A stretch of 58,737 nt of DNA, counting the filler, from Nemertoderma westbladi (taxonomy: Eukaryota > Animalia > Xenacoelomorpha): the NCBI GenBank assembly GCA_032718475.1. It is 3 parts of 3 records of this genome, joined end to end, with 100 filler letters (N's around TTAATTAATTAA, not from the genome) between each part and the next. Parts side by side here need not be neighbours in the genome. Positions count along the whole stretch, not along the records: positions 25,208 to 42,089 come from JAUCBJ010004631.1; positions 42,190 to 58,737 come from JAUCBJ010004265.1; 1 more part is not named here. The stretch is one strand, 5' to 3'. This document shows, in pieces, positions 37,691-51,493 of the stretch. Positions within the stretch are counted from its first letter, which is position 1. Each line of letters begins with the position of its first letter. The translations under genes were made by a program, and so were the position numbers. The notes below the pieces were generated by a model that made no database searches, was not told the DNA's origin, and saw nothing but the letters and a program-made list of their open reading frames with translations.

Positions 37691-40600
37691 ATGGCTTCAG
37701 CAAGTGACGATCCCGCTTACTTAGAAATTGGTCTCGATGTCAGCGCCAAGTTCAAAGGAGCCTTTTGCGAAGCAAAAATTAAAACATGTAAAAAACTCGT
37801 CAAGTGTAAAGTTACATTCAAAGACACGTCCTTGAGTACAGTTATACATGATTGTGATATTAAAGGAGAACTGAAGTATGGAGCTCTGGTTGAGGCAAAA
37901 GATGTCGATGGGGAATGGATAGCAGCTGTAATAACGAAAGTGCAGGATTGTAGCGTTTATACAGTGAAATTCGATGACAATGACGAAAGAACAGTTCGTC
38001 GATCGGCTGTTAAACTCATGGGAGAGCGACATTACAATGAATCAGATAACCTCGATAATCTTCCTCTCACGGACCCGGAATGTTTTGGGACGCCGGTATT
38101 TACCGATTCGTCAGGGAAAATTATGCAGATGTCGGCCAAAAGGAAGAGTCGGGAAGGTGTGCTCACCCCCATGAATCTATTCACTGGTGGTCTCGACGAT
38201 AAGGATGAAGTTATGGAAAAAGCCAAACTTGTGGCTTTTTGGAAGACAGAAAATAAATTCGAGCCGGTTGTTTTAGTAAACTATTCGTGTGTATATAGTT
38301 TGGAAGAGGTCCGCAGTCAGGAATCAACAACAGTGGTTCGCTTATTTGATTCATTCAAACTCTCGAGTGTCTCTGTGTCTGAACTCTGCGAATTCGATTC
38401 GAGTAAAAACGAGGATGACGATTCGCACGTCGAGGCATTTCGTTATCTAGAATCGCATCAGGAAGAGACTAAATGGCTGAAATCGTGGAGGACGTTTTAT
38501 GAAGGAAAGAACGACGTTTTTGATATCCCCTGTGATGTGAGTTTATTCTATTTGTTCTTGGCGGTTGACAAATATGGCGGGTTTGCTAAGGTTGCCTCCC
38601 AGTCGCTTTGGGTTTCGGTTCAAATAAAAGTAAACAAAAATTGCCAAAGTTCATTTTCTGTTACAAAACTGAAAACTACTTACAAGAAGTATCTGCATGA
38701 CTACGAGCAGCAGATGGTGACAGAAAGGAAGATTATAAGGCCAAGTAAAGCAACTGCTTCTAGAGAAACTCATTATGGTACAAAGATAAGTAAACCAATC
38801 AATGTGACTTCTAAAGAAATCGAGTTAGATACTAAAATTATTAAATCCAGCAGACCCATAACTACTAACTATGATCCTGTCACAGGTATGCCGTTTATGT
38901 TGACAGATATATCTTCACTCCCATCTGCCTACAAGGTTGGTCATAAAGTTAAGGTAAAGTACGGCGAAGGTGATGATTGTAAGATTTACGAATGTAAGAT
39001 TCTGGATGTGAGTCGATGTAATAGTGGTGAGCCGACCTACTTCGTCCATTACTCGGGGTGGAATAGCCGCTACGATGAGTGGGTTGTGGCGTCTCGATTG
39101 TCAGACAGCAAGTTCCCCAGTCCCACCCCCACTACACCCCCAGGGGCTGATAGACCCATGGTAGCGAGAAAGCAGTACCGAGGAAGCAGGCGTCAAAGGG
39201 GTTCTGGTGTAACAGCACCCTCTGTCAGGCCCAGAGTGGGGAAATCAATCACCGTGGGAATGAAAGTTGGGAAATCCGTGGGGGTTCGAAAAGAGACATT
39301 CCTGGGGTTCCAATCCGTTAAACACAAACGGCTGAGTCCTCTTGCTGCCAGGGTAACTGGTTCACGCAGGAAATCAACTAAATTTGAATATAATGCGAAT
39401 AAAACCTCCAGGGTTAGTTTTAAGGGAGCGAGAGTAACCCAGAGACTTTCTCGTAATAAAGGTGATGTGGTTGATGAAAGGATTGTTTTAGATCCTGGTA
39501 ATAAATCAACGCTTCCTCGTTTTGGAAAGTTTACAAAAGTTTCTCGTTCGAAATCACAAAACAAAACAGATTTCACATCTCAACTGAAGAAGGTATCCCG
39601 CGAGCGGTTGAGTTTAATTGTCAAACCATCGCCACAAATTGGAACTCAATCGACTTCTGTACCAAAAGATAGTGATCAGCAAACTGTTGGTTTTATCGAA
39701 ACTGGACTATTAGAATCACCGGAAACTCAAACCGAATCGCACTCCACCCCACCTAAATCTGCCACTGTCAGTTATTTCCAACCTCGTGTGGTCCCACTCC
39801 AACGGGTTAAAGCCGGGGCACCGCGCCGTAATCGCGGTTTATCTCCCTGCGGTGTCCTCGCATCTGCTCGCAATGAGATCGGTACAACACCCAAGCGGTT
39901 TATTCAACTACCATCAGGGACATCCAATTCGCCCATAGTGTCCGACCCAATAGTGTCCCCAGTACACTCGGCTTCCCCTATCAGCAGCCCCCCACATTCC
40001 CCATCCCAAGACGTTGTCTTAGCCCCGTCACTCATCGCTGGGTCGCCAAACAGTTACTGCTCCGATTCATCAACCCATTCTACAACCCGTAAAACGCGTA
40101 GCTCTACAAAACGAAAACCCCCAATAGTGAATCAAGTCGCGGAAGGTAAAACTGTTAAATATTCGTCTGATGATCAAACCCCAACAATGACTGAAACAAA
40201 AAACTCTAGGCCTTTGCTGAGGGCGTTGCAGAAACAACGTGCAACATTAGCGTGTCGTCTGCGGGAGGTCGGATGTGGAGCTGGCAGTCGTGCGGATGGG
40301 GAGGGTAACGGTAACGGTAGTCCGGGGGAGGGTTCCACCAGCTGGTCCAATGAGGGTTCCGGATCAGACAAGCCATCATGGAGTCGGGAATCGGAGAAGA
40401 TGGCTCCCCGTAAGGGCGGATCACGCAGTTCAGTCGGAACCGCTACTCGCGTTTCCAGGAGGGGCATGACGTTGCGGAATCGGCATCCAAGGGGTCGAGC
40501 CAGTTCCAGACTATCTGAGACGAAACCCCCAACTCTGTCGAGCTCCCAGGGTAGTGTTAGTCAACCATTGAAGAACAGTAACTCCACGCACGTCACTGAT

Positions 40601-42089
40601 GATGCTGATGCCTTTACGTACTTTCTAGAATCAGTAAAGGTTATAGTCAGTGACATTGGAAACATTCCCGTACAAGGTGTATCAGTAATGTCGACAAATG
40701 ATTCGCACAATATCACCAACCCAACCGAGAGTTTACTCCAGGCTGCTTCAGACTTTCGCGAAGCTGAACTGCAGAAGGAAACCATAGAGGAATGCGGCGT
40801 TAACAGCCCTTTCGATGACGAAGAAGATGATGATTTACTAGGCAATCTCGCTAGCGACGAGGACAATTCGGCTGACAGTCGGCAAGTTGCACCAAGAGTC
40901 ACCCGTAGAAAGCGAAGCTGGTCGAGGGGAGGGGAAACGGGAGGTAAAGGTGTCAGTGAATCAGAGTCGGACACCGCCATGGAGATCGGCAATTGGTCAC
41001 CTCATAAACCGCGGTCTAAGAAGGTTTTGAAACAATCGGAAGCGGTGATGGACTACAGGAAGGAACTCCTACAGTCAGAAGAGATCAAAGAGTACAGACA
41101 GCAGTTACTACGGAGATTCCCTCGGGTCGATTTCAGCCTTGAGATGCTACCGTGTGACGTCACTCAACGCATCGTCTACCTGCAGGACAAGTTGGCGGAT
41201 ATGCGACAGTTACATCGCGGTCTCAAGTCGGAGTTGTCGTTGATCGACCGCAGACGCCGACGCTGTCGGAGGTTGAAACAGTTGGCGAACAAAACCGAGG
41301 ATAATGGGGGTAAGCGAACTCCTAAAACGGGGAGTAATGGGAGTGGTAAGGGGGATGAAGGTACCAAGGAGATTGTGGAAGAAATTGAAGTTTGTAGAGC
41401 TGGTGTTGAAGTTATGGATGTTGACCAGGACGAGGCTACAAGTGAGTTCAGGGGAGCTGATATGGGGGGTAATGATTCCACCATCGAAGCCACTGATTAT
41501 TGGGACTCTCCACTGAAAGGAAACCCACTAGCTTTGAACATTTCCCCTCAGGAAGCATTTGACGAAGTAAAAGTTGATGCAGATATTGCTGATGATATTG
41601 CGGCAAGAGTAAACAAAGGCGACCAAATTGAAGAAATGTCAGAGCCTCAAGTAAAAACCTCGGAACACACCTGTTTGGTAGCTGAATCGTATGAATCAAA
41701 CTATAATCCAAATAAATGTCTACAAACTTCCTCTCCTTCTACAACACTTACTGAAATTGAAACAGATACTGCAGATGAATCGAATGGTTTACATAAATCT
41801 GAATACATCCCACCGGAACTCGACACAAATATTAACAAGTCTGATGAAGAAGATGTAGAGCCTGAGAATAAGTCGCACTTTGAGGTGTCAAGTCATCAGG
41901 ATGAGGTTGGCGGCAATAATTCACTAAATTGTAGTCGTCCCTTGCTCACAGCATCACATACATTATTAAACAGTGCTGTGATAATTACAAAGACACTACG
42001 AGATGATAATCCCCAGTCATCACCGGATTTTCATTCGCCTCTGAACATCCAGTCAGACTCGGAGATCCACGGTCGTACTGAACCCCTTG
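37691..42089 (+). CDS. ARID4: ARID4A/B (RBBP1)-family chromatin protein, single long exon, 3' end cut by contig end
   Basis: MASASDDPAYLEIGLDVSAKFKGAFCEAKIK matches the ARID4 tandem Tudor N-terminus. Also present: ARID (LFLAVDKYGGF...YKKYLHDYE), chromobarrel (YFVHYSGWNSRYDEWV) and the C-terminal R2 coil (RIVYLQDKL...LKSELSLIDRRRRR). The first ATG is at 37691. Confidence 0.93.
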
Positions 42090-42189
42090 NNNNNNNNNNN
42101 NNNNNNNNNNNNNNNNNNNNNNNNNNNNNNNNNTTAATTAATTAANNNNNNNNNNNNNNNNNNNNNNNNNNNNNNNNNNNNNNNNNNNN
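42090..42189. other. Artificial contig linker
   Basis: Same N44-TTAATTAATTAA-N44 structure. Confidence 0.97.
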
Positions 42190-42190
42190 T

Positions 42191-45100
42191 TTTTCAAACA
42201 TTGATCCCGATCAAAACGTCACCAAATTAGCTTTTGATAAGGGGTCGCTCACTGCCGAATATTTCCAGTCTGAGTTTTCTTCCTCTAACTATAAAGACTC
42301 TTTTTCTGTTCTACACTTAAATTGCTGTAGCTTACCCTTTAATTACGGTGCCATTAGCACTTTTATTGATACCTTAAGCTTTAAATTCGATATTTTAACC
42401 TTTACTGAAACTTTTTTTAACTGTGATACCCCGTTAGATATTTTTAAATTCAATGGCTACCACGACCGTCCGATTCTTACTAATCGCCAGACTGGAAATA
42501 CAAGGCGCGGTGGCACCGCTATCTACGTGAGCGAGTCTTTACAAATGTCTGAGTGTCCCGAGTTCCAAATTCCGGGGCTCGAGAACTCATGGATTATAAT
42601 TGCTAGACCTGGTACTAAATCTCTTATCATAGGCACTATCTACCGCACTGACGCGATTAAACCGACCGACTTCAATACGTTACTTAATACTAATCTTACT
42701 AAACTTACTAATAATAACTGTGACACTATTATTACTGGAGATATCAACATTGACTTACTGAAAACTAACAACAATAATACCCAGAAAGAATACATTAATT
42801 TACTCAACTCTTACGGATTCTTACAAATACTCAACCACCTTACTCGAATCGACCCAAAACGTAATTCCGAAACATTACTTGACCACATTATCACAAACAT
42901 TACTACTTCTGTCTCAAACGCTGGAACCTTTAACTGTAAAATCGGGAATTGCGACCACCGTGCAACTTTCATTGTTCTGCAAAAATTCAACTGCATCTTT
43001 AATAAACCTAAGAATTACACGAGCTTCGACTTTTCAAAATTCAACGAAAAAGATTTTTTACAGGATATTAAAACCAACGATTACTGGAGTTACACTGACA
43101 ATTCTATTCCCATTCAGCTAAAATTTGAACATTTTTATAAGGACCTCATAAAAATTTGTACCAATCACTTGCCATTGAAAACTTATACTCATAAAACACG
43201 TCCCAACAACCCATGGATAACTGAGAATTTGCTTAAATCTATACGAACTAAAGAAAAACTGTACCGTAAATACATAAAAAATAAAACTGAAACTAACCGC
43301 TTGCTGTTCAATTCTTACCGTAATCGTTTAACATCTACACTTAGGGCTGCTGAAAAAAAATATTACTCTAAGCAATTTGAACAAAATTCCAACAACATCC
43401 GTAAAACATGGACTGTTATTAACTCCGTACTTCATAAATCTTCAGCGAAATTATCCCCAAAGAAACTAATCATTAAAACAAATATCCATTCCAAAATTAA
43501 TTCCAACCCTAAAGAAATTGCCGAAACGTTTAATAAACATTTTGCTACTGTAGGACCCAAACTGCAAAGTACTTTACCAACACGACCTAGATCGTCCCCA
43601 CTCCGCCATTTATCCCATACCCGACCTAATTCTTTCTCTCTGGCCGAAACATCTCCTCTTAAGGTACAATATAAAATTCTTCAACTTAAGCTAAATTGCA
43701 GTACTAACGATCCATTTCCCCCTTCACTCATTAGACTTGCCGCCGAACCTCTCTCCCAGCATTTATGCTCTCAATTTAACCTTTCAATTTCGCATGGCTT
43801 TTTTCCAGACTCTTTAAAAACTGCCAAAGTCATCCCGGTTTACAAATCTGACGACCCGTACGATCCTAACAATTACCGTCCTATTTCCCTTCTTCCAATC
43901 TTTAGCAAAATTCTAGAACAAATATTGAATGAACAACTACAATCTTACTTAAACAAATACAATATAATCACTCTATCACAATATGGATTCCGACCAAAAA
44001 TTTCTACTGCTCATGCACTTATCTCTATTACTGAACAGATCCACGCCATGTTTGACTCTCACTTTCATACTTGCGCTGTCTATATAGATTTGAAAAAAGC
44101 CTTTGACACCGTGGACCACAGTATACTACTAAAGAAGCTGGAGGCCTATGGTGTCAGAGGCACCCCATTAAATCTTTTTAAAAATTTTTTAACCGACCGC
44201 TATCAATTTGTTACAATAGATGGTCAGAACTCTTCCCTCCTACCACTGTCTTGCGGTGTCCCCCAAGGTTCGGTCCTGTCCCCGACTCTCTTTCTTATTT
44301 TTATCAACGACCTACCGAATGTTACAAAGTTACTTTCGACACTCTTTGCTGACGATACAACTCTGTTAAACTCACATTCTAACATTCACTACCTACTCAA
44401 CAGCACGAACAATGAACTTTCATAACTAAATAACTGGTTAACTGATAACAAACTTTTACTAAATTTAAAAAAAACTGAATATACCATTTTTACAAACAGT
44501 ACCCTAATGACCTCCAATTCTGTACCACAAATAAAAATAGATAACACCCAAATAAATTTAACCGATAGCACTAAATTACTGGGGATATGGGTCGATTCAA
44601 AACTAACCTGGAAAACACACATTAATTATATTCTGAAAAAAATATCTAAATCTTCCGGAATTTTTTACAAACTGCGCTATGTATTTCCTCTAAATATTCT
44701 TAAAACCTTATACTTTTCTTTAGTACATCCATACATTAACTACGGAATTATCTTGTGGGGTAATACATATTCAACAATACTTAAACCTTTACGAATCAAA
44801 GTTAATAAACTCTTACGTTGTATAACATTTTCCCACTATCGATCATCTTCTTTGCCGCTTTACAAAAAACTGAATATACTACCCATTAACAAACTATACG
44901 AACACTCCGTCGCAAAATTAATGTACGATATTAAATCCGAAACTATATGTCCTTCTTCGACTCTTGGTAAACTATTCACTAAACAATCTACTGTACACAA
45001 CTACTATACTCGTTCTTCTGTTCGTGGCGACTTCACAACTCCTCTTTTTAATCTTAGCTCTTCCCAACGATCCCTGAGTTTTCGAGGTCCTGTCATTTGG

Positions 45101-45193
45101 AACTCGGTGCCACTCGACATTCGTTCAAAAAAATCAAAAAACAAATTTTCATCTGCTCTAAAAAGGTCAATTTTTTCCAATTTATTACAATGA
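42191..45193 (+). mobile_element. CR1/L2-group (Crack-like) LINE ORF2: AP endonuclease plus RT, one nonsense codon
   Basis: The frame is open from 42191 (IDPD, HLNC, FTET, GGTAIYV, TGDINID, LLDHI, CDH), followed by NYRPISLL, DLKKAFDTV, PQGSVLSP and FADD. A single TAA at 44423-44425 is followed by the same frame continuing to 45193. Confidence 0.92.
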
Positions 45194-45429
45194 TAACAGC
45201 TCGGTCTAAAATATTTTCCTAATAAACATTTGAATATCCTCTTAGTCACATTTTTTATACCTACTGTTCGTTCTTATATTTCGATCTTCCACCACTTTCT
45301 TTTCTTGTAATGGTTATTCTCTGTTTGTTTCAACAATTTTTATTTTCTTTCTTTAATATTGTCTCTTGCTCTTTATTACCCGAGGTGAAAAATAGATGGT
45401 TACTTAAGATTTAAATTTTATGAAATGAA

Positions 45430-45760
45430 TTACCTTGTGGGGCGAGCCACGAAGTGAGTGAAGCCTTAGTATATGGGTGCCATTGGCGAGTTGTCTGTCG
45501 TCGTCGTCTGTCGTCGTAAATCTTTGATGGCAAATAACTCTCTCCTTGAAGAAATTACTTGAATGACGAAACTTGGTACGTATGTAGTCGGTCAAAAGTT
45601 TAGAAAGAATCTGAGGTTTGGTCAAAAACGAACGAACGCAACGAGGCGCAAGAGGAGGACGAGTATTGTGGTGAAGATTTCTGACTAACGGCAGACAACT
45701 CGTTAATGGTGACCATATGCCTAATGCTTTGCTCACTTCGTGCTGCGCGAAGGCCCCACG
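45430..45760 (+). mobile_element. Non-autonomous Helentron-associated (HINE/DINE-1-like) element
   Basis: Subterminal inverted repeat CACGAAGTGAG (45448-45458) / CTCACTTCGTG (45732-45742), a GTC-type microsatellite core, a GAAACTTGGTAC block and a 3' stem-loop. A related TTCGTGCTGCGCGAAG occurs near 36743. Confidence 0.55.
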
Positions 45761-47237
45761 AACGTGTACTATAGTCCACAATCGATACATACCGACAGTG
45801 GTATTATTTTGTTTATTGTAATCCTATCATCTGTTATAAGATTTCTTGGATTCTCCAACCTGATCGTGTTTTGCCGACTTCTCAGACTCAATCATTGAGT
45901 TTTTACCGAATTGGCACCCCCCACCCACCCCCCCCCCCCCCTATGGGTTGATCCCTGGGTACAACATACAATATATTGTTTGCTCACTTTCTGTTATGTA
46001 TCCAAAAGGACAACCTCTCATCATACTAATCACGCGATCTAAACCTCATTCTTCTCATTTCGCTATAATTTTAATTAATTTAATAATACGCCAAAATAAA
46101 AGGTTTTAACTTTTTGCCAATATTTTTCATATATTTACACTAGAAACTATAAACGAACCTGCCCCTCAAACCAGTATCGCAGTACCCTGAGTGAGCGAAA
46201 ATGAAAACACGATAATTGCCTTCAACTCAACTATAGAAACACCAGCTGCTGGTACTCATGTGGGCCTAGTAAGCTACTACTATTTATTGAATGGATAGCC
46301 CAAACTGCAGAGAAGTATATTACTTGCCAAATTGATTACTATCTCACTCTAACCCTGTAACCGAGACAGTAATCAAACATCAACTGTAAGTTTGTATAAT
46401 GTATTACCCCACCAGATGAATAGCTCTTCCCAGTGAATCCTATGACAATAGTCTATAAGGTTACTCACTGCTATGTTAGATGGGAGGGAGTTGATGATAA
46501 TGAATGAGGAGGGACACAACTAACACTACGTTTGTCTATATGGCATGGACGGTCTCCTTACAGCCAGCTGGCTGGCTTTTCTCGTTAAATCATATTATTC
46601 CGCAACTAAATAATTTACTCTTTTAGACGAATTTGTGCGTTTTTTTGCCGGACTAACAAATTTTGGCGACGTTCTATGCGAGATTAGCGATATTTGAAAA
46701 GATTCTGAGGCTCAAATATGTTGCTCAGATGACTGAATATCTCAAATAAAAAAGTTGGTGCCTACTCGACGAGTTGAAATCGGTGAAAGTCGACTTTAAA
46801 TTTTCAAAACCGCTATTTTTCAGTGACCCCTTGAACGAAACGCCACAAAAAATATACAGTCTTGTGCGCAACCAAAATTTATGGAGAGTTTGTTATTAAA
46901 ATTTTTGCGTACCTGCTTGAGTTTTTGAGATATTGTATGGTTATACATATATATATTATAGGAAGGGATCTAGGGGTCTTATATATATATTTACATATAC
47001 AGCATACGGCTTTACATATATACATATATGGCTTTACATATATATACACACACACACACAACCACATCGTGTTTTTAAACGGCTCAACTCTTGACAAGAA
47101 CTACCCTGGCCTATTAATAGGCAGGTTCGTTATAAATTATTCCTATATTTGTATTAAAGTTATATTATTAGTTAGTAATAATAGTGATATTAAGTAAACT
47201 TCAATTCAATTACCGCTGCATCAATAATTAACTATAT

Positions 47238-48905
47238 TTACTCAATATTCTTATAGATTGGCTCTTCTTTTGTTTCACCAGCAACCACATTGATTGGCTC
47301 AATTACCCTTCTCTTTGTCTCATCTGAAACCTCATTGGCTTGTTCTTCAACCACTCCGATTTCCTCCGAGTTCTGATTATTGGCTACAGAAATTATTTCA
47401 TTTTCAATTTCTGTTCCATCTGATATTAAAGGTAGAGGAATGGAGGAACCATCTCTGTATAAACCTGTAGTCTGTATGGCATTGGAAATTCCAGAATTTT
47501 GATTCACGTCGCCTATAACTTCATACTGATGATATATGTCATACTCAGTTTCCATAGCAACATTATCTGCTCCCCTTTCATTTCCCTGGCCATTCATTGT
47601 TGTGTAAAATTCGGCTTCCTTCTCAATCTTCTTACTCCCTTTTAGCCTCTTATAAAACAAAATTATCACAATAAATAATATGAATATAATAATTACTAAA
47701 ATAGGTATTGTTATGGCAACTACAAGTACTAGAACGTCACTTAATGGATTTTGGTTTGCTGACATTGAAGTGGTCGTGATCGTGGTAACTGTTGTATCAG
47801 GAATTGGAACAGAAATAACAACGCGGACACTCCCACTTATAGAACTGATATCCTCACTCCACGGAATACAGTAAACGTCATACCGGTAGATGGCGCTGTC
47901 ATGTACATTCATATCAACTGATAGAGTCGGCCCTTCTCCTACAACCTCAGTAACATTATCTGTAACTCTAAACCAGGTGATGTTATTATCAGGCGATCCA
48001 GATGTAAACTCAGCATTTAGTACAATAACCTCTCCTTCAGGCACTTCAATAATATCCTTAACGGGTTTATTAGTATCTGTAGTGATTATAAGATTGGTTG
48101 CTAAGTAACCTATTACCATAGTAACGCCGCACTCAGTAACCCCATTGGATACAATGTTTTTAGCCCTGCAAGTAAACGTTTGTTGGTTATATAAGCTTGG
48201 GTTAGTTTCTATATCAGGAAGGTTTAGTTTTAGGATTTCTACTGAATCCAGTTTCTCGTAGATATAATTATTGTTCATATCTTTATTATCGCTGTTAACC
48301 CATTGGAATACGCCGTTGTTAGGATAAACAGATTCTTTAGGAGAAGGTAACCAATCAGTAGCTTTACATTCAAGGAAGGGGTTTGATTGGTCCGTTTCCG
48401 ATAGGAATTCACCTGAATTTGGATTGAATATCAAACGACAATTAGAGTTACCGGTTACTACTTCTCCGTTACAACCGCAGTGTAGGTCGGAGGAACGAAT
48501 TTGACAAGGTTGGACGCTAAATGGATTTGAAATATGTTCATAATCTCCCCATAAACAAACGTAGTCATTGTTTCCGTTATATTCCCACACATACATAAGC
48601 TCTCTAACAGTAAAGGTAACTTTGTGGCTGTCTAGATCTATAAGAGCTGTTCCTCTGGTCTGTGTACCGGTACGTGAATAAAGCAGTACATGATGACCAA
48701 GGACCAATCGGACCATGTTATTAATATTATTTGCAGAACTAATACGATTATCAGTACAAACTACTTTCAGTTTGTCCCCTTCCATCAAACAATCCCGCCC
48801 TTCTGGTAAAATCTTTATCATATCCTCCAAACCGCTGACTAAGCGATTGTGAGTTACAAATACCACGAGAATTACAGCGAACAGATAAACACAGTTCAGG
48901 GACAT
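47238..48905 (-). CDS. Intronless type I membrane protein with about three Ig-like domains and a Tyr-motif cytoplasmic tail
   Basis: Signal peptide, C...W...YxC/FTC patterns (NDYVC, FQW...FTCRAKN, ITWFR...DSAIYRY), Thr-rich stalk, TM segment VLVLVVAITIPILVIIIFILFIVIILFY followed by KRLK, and tail motifs YTTM, YEVI and YKNI. Confidence 0.85.
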   Translation of the reverse strand: MSLNCVYLFAVILVVFVTHNRLVSGLEDMIKILPEGRDCLMEGDKLKVVCTDNRISSANNINNMVRLVLGHHVLLYSRTGTQTRGTALIDLDSHKVTFTVRELMYVWEYNGNNDYVCLWGDYEHISNPFSVQPCQIRSSDLHCGCNGEVVTGNSNCRLIFNPNSGEFLSETDQSNPFLECKATDWLPSPKESVYPNNGVFQWVNSDNKDMNNNYIYEKLDSVEILKLNLPDIETNPSLYNQQTFTCRAKNIVSNGVTECGVTMVIGYLATNLIITTDTNKPVKDIIEVPEGEVIVLNAEFTSGSPDNNITWFRVTDNVTEVVGEGPTLSVDMNVHDSAIYRYDVYCIPWSEDISSISGSVRVVISVPIPDTTVTTITTTSMSANQNPLSDVLVLVVAITIPILVIIIFILFIVIILFYKRLKGSKKIEKEAEFYTTMNGQGNERGADNVAMETEYDIYHQYEVIGDVNQNSGISNAIQTTGLYRDGSSIPLPLISDGTEIENEIISVANNQNSEEIGVVEEQANEVSDETKRRVIEPINVVAGETKEEPIYKNIE

Positions 48906-50259
48906 CGTTAAAACAAAATAACATGAAAAAAAAAATATATAAATAAATAAAATTATGAGAACTACAAGTTATCTGTACCGCACTGATATGTTATAGGGAA
49001 AAAGTCACAAATATCATTTCCACATTTGCTTAGTCTTTTTATAAGGAGGTAAATACCGTTGGTTTATAGTTCCCCGTTTGTGAATTTAATAAAGGATTAT
49101 TCTAAGTTATATAAAGTCGATCTGCCAACAGGCAAATCTCCAAAATACTTATTGGGTTTGCCTATTGGGTGCCGAGTCGTGAAGTATTGGGGGAAAGTTT
49201 GTAGGAATGTGTCGGTTATTCAACGTTAGTATCATTGATCTGATTAAAAAAAAGGCTTGGTATACTCCCTTGGTTGTTATACATTCAAAACGTTATACAT
49301 AATGTATTATATGTATTTATTCGACCAATAATTTGATTTTCAAGTCGGCGTGAAATACGTCGTGAAATAAACTAAACTCAATGCTGGGCTATGGGGTACT
49401 ATATATCACGGCGTGAAATAAAGTAACGAGTTTTCTTTCAGTATGATTGTACCGTATTCTACGGTCACGTTGAGGTAGGCCTAACAGTTAATCATTCATC
49501 GGAAATCCAGACAGCACAAATAATATACTTAGGTTGTTACCGGCACTGTACAGGTACCGGTATAAAATACGATTTCTAATTAATACTAGTGGCGTGTGAG
49601 CACGCGGGATGTAAATCTTCACCATTACTACACAACACAGACAGATAGGTACCATCAGCTTAAACAAAAATACCTACGTTTCCCTTATGTATGGTATGAA
49701 GAAGCTATTTTTAGTATTTGATCTAGTCCCGTACCCATGAGCGATATATGAAAATAAATCTTTTACATCGGTTGAGTCGTATTTATAAAAAAATAAAAAA
49801 TGCCGTGCATAAAACTAGCTCATTATAATTTGTATAAAATTTAATGTTGTATTGGCATTCACTCCAGTATTGAAACGATTAAACGGCTGCCGGTTAAACG
49901 TAGGATAGACTTCAAGATCGACATGCCGACATACAAATGTTTATACGGAAGAAGAAAAATCAATATCTCTAATAATAATATAATTATTTCTAGAATGCCC
50001 TGAGTCGATATTCGACTAAATAAACTATACAATTTCAAAGTTCAAAGGGAAGAATTAAATTTTTGCCGCTGGGGCCAATAATTGTTCAGTTAATACCAAT
50101 TAACACCAGAAGCAATATAACACCAGAGGGGTTCTTGTCCAGTGGTAATTGTCCTAGGGCCAGGCAATTATCCGGGGGCAATTGTCCTCGGCGGGCAATA
50201 TCCACCCCAATAATCTTGTGGGCAATTTACCAGAAACCAGGGGCATTCATCTGAATTAT

Positions 50260-51235
50260 AGTCGAGTCAATCTAGCAAAAAACCCATAAGTATTTCGCAA
50301 TCAATCCGAACCACACATTTTGAATTCTATATTACCTTGTTAATGACCAAAAAAAGTCCATAAGATTTTATTTTGCGGATCATATGTTTATTCATGGAAA
50401 TTCTGCGTAAATTTGCATAACACAAGCCAAACAAAAGCAACAGTAGGGAAAAGTAAGTAGCAAATTGGTGATGTTCCAGAATAATTTAATTAATTTCACA
50501 ATAAGCTGTGATTCAATGGGAAATTGGTAATATTTACACAGGCGTGTTACTAAGTAATTGCTATATCTCGGAAACTAGAAGTCGCATCAAATTTTTAAAT
50601 ATATCAAAAACTTCACGATATAATAAGGTAACCGTTGTAAAAAAAATATACAATTCCACTGCACGGAAATTTCATAATTTCCATTAATGTCACATAATTA
50701 ATGTCACAATTTTTTCACATAATTAAATTGTGATTGCTCTATTGATTTTAGGCGTAGTTTATTTTAGTTTGAAAACCACAATAGTATATCATATAACAAA
50801 TAATTTTTTTGGGGATACAGGTTTTTGAGATCGACAAATCTGATGGGCGAGGTTACATCCAGCCGTTTAGTAGAGAAGTTGTGTAAATAATGTCCTTGTA
50901 TTGTAACAGCAAAATTGGTATTTAAAATGGTTAAATGATTAGACAAATTTCCGTTGCTCTGGAAACTAAATTGGTAACTATTTAGAAGTACATACTTCAG
51001 TCATTAGAGTAAAGTTTGTCTGTACCGAATTTTGAGAAAATCCCACCAGTAAACCCCTTGTTGCTATGTAAAATCCATGTTGCTAAGGAAAGAAACAGGA
51101 AATTGAAGGTGATCCGCATAATATATTATTATAGACTTTTTTGGGGGTATTAACAAGGTAATATAGAATAAAAAAAAATTGGTTTGGATGAATTGCGAAT
51201 TTGTTATTACCTTTTTCGGCTAGATTGACTCGCCT
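50260..51235. mobile_element. MITE / non-autonomous DNA transposon (~976 bp)
   Basis: Terminal inverted repeats AG(T/G)CGAGTCAATCTAGC at both ends with AT-rich flanks and no ORF. Superfamily uncertain. Confidence 0.7.
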
Positions 51236-51493
51236 ATTAGGAATTTGGACTTTCTGAAACTCACCAAATGATAATATCAGCTACCATTATGTGTTTGTGG
51301 CGTTAACCATAGTAATTAAGTGAGCCCATAAGGATCCTATAACATTTTTATACAAACAGGAACCCAATAATAATATTTTGGTTATCTTATTAATATTATT
51401 TACTTTTTTTTTATTATATATTTCATTTATTTTATAACACTATATTCTTTTATTTGTTTTGCACTTTGAATTTTAATACTCAATATTTAGTAG

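Noticed and set aside
50125-50250. GGCAATTGTCC-like short repeats as a MITE
   Set aside because: It resembles MITE internal repeats, but no termini could be defined.
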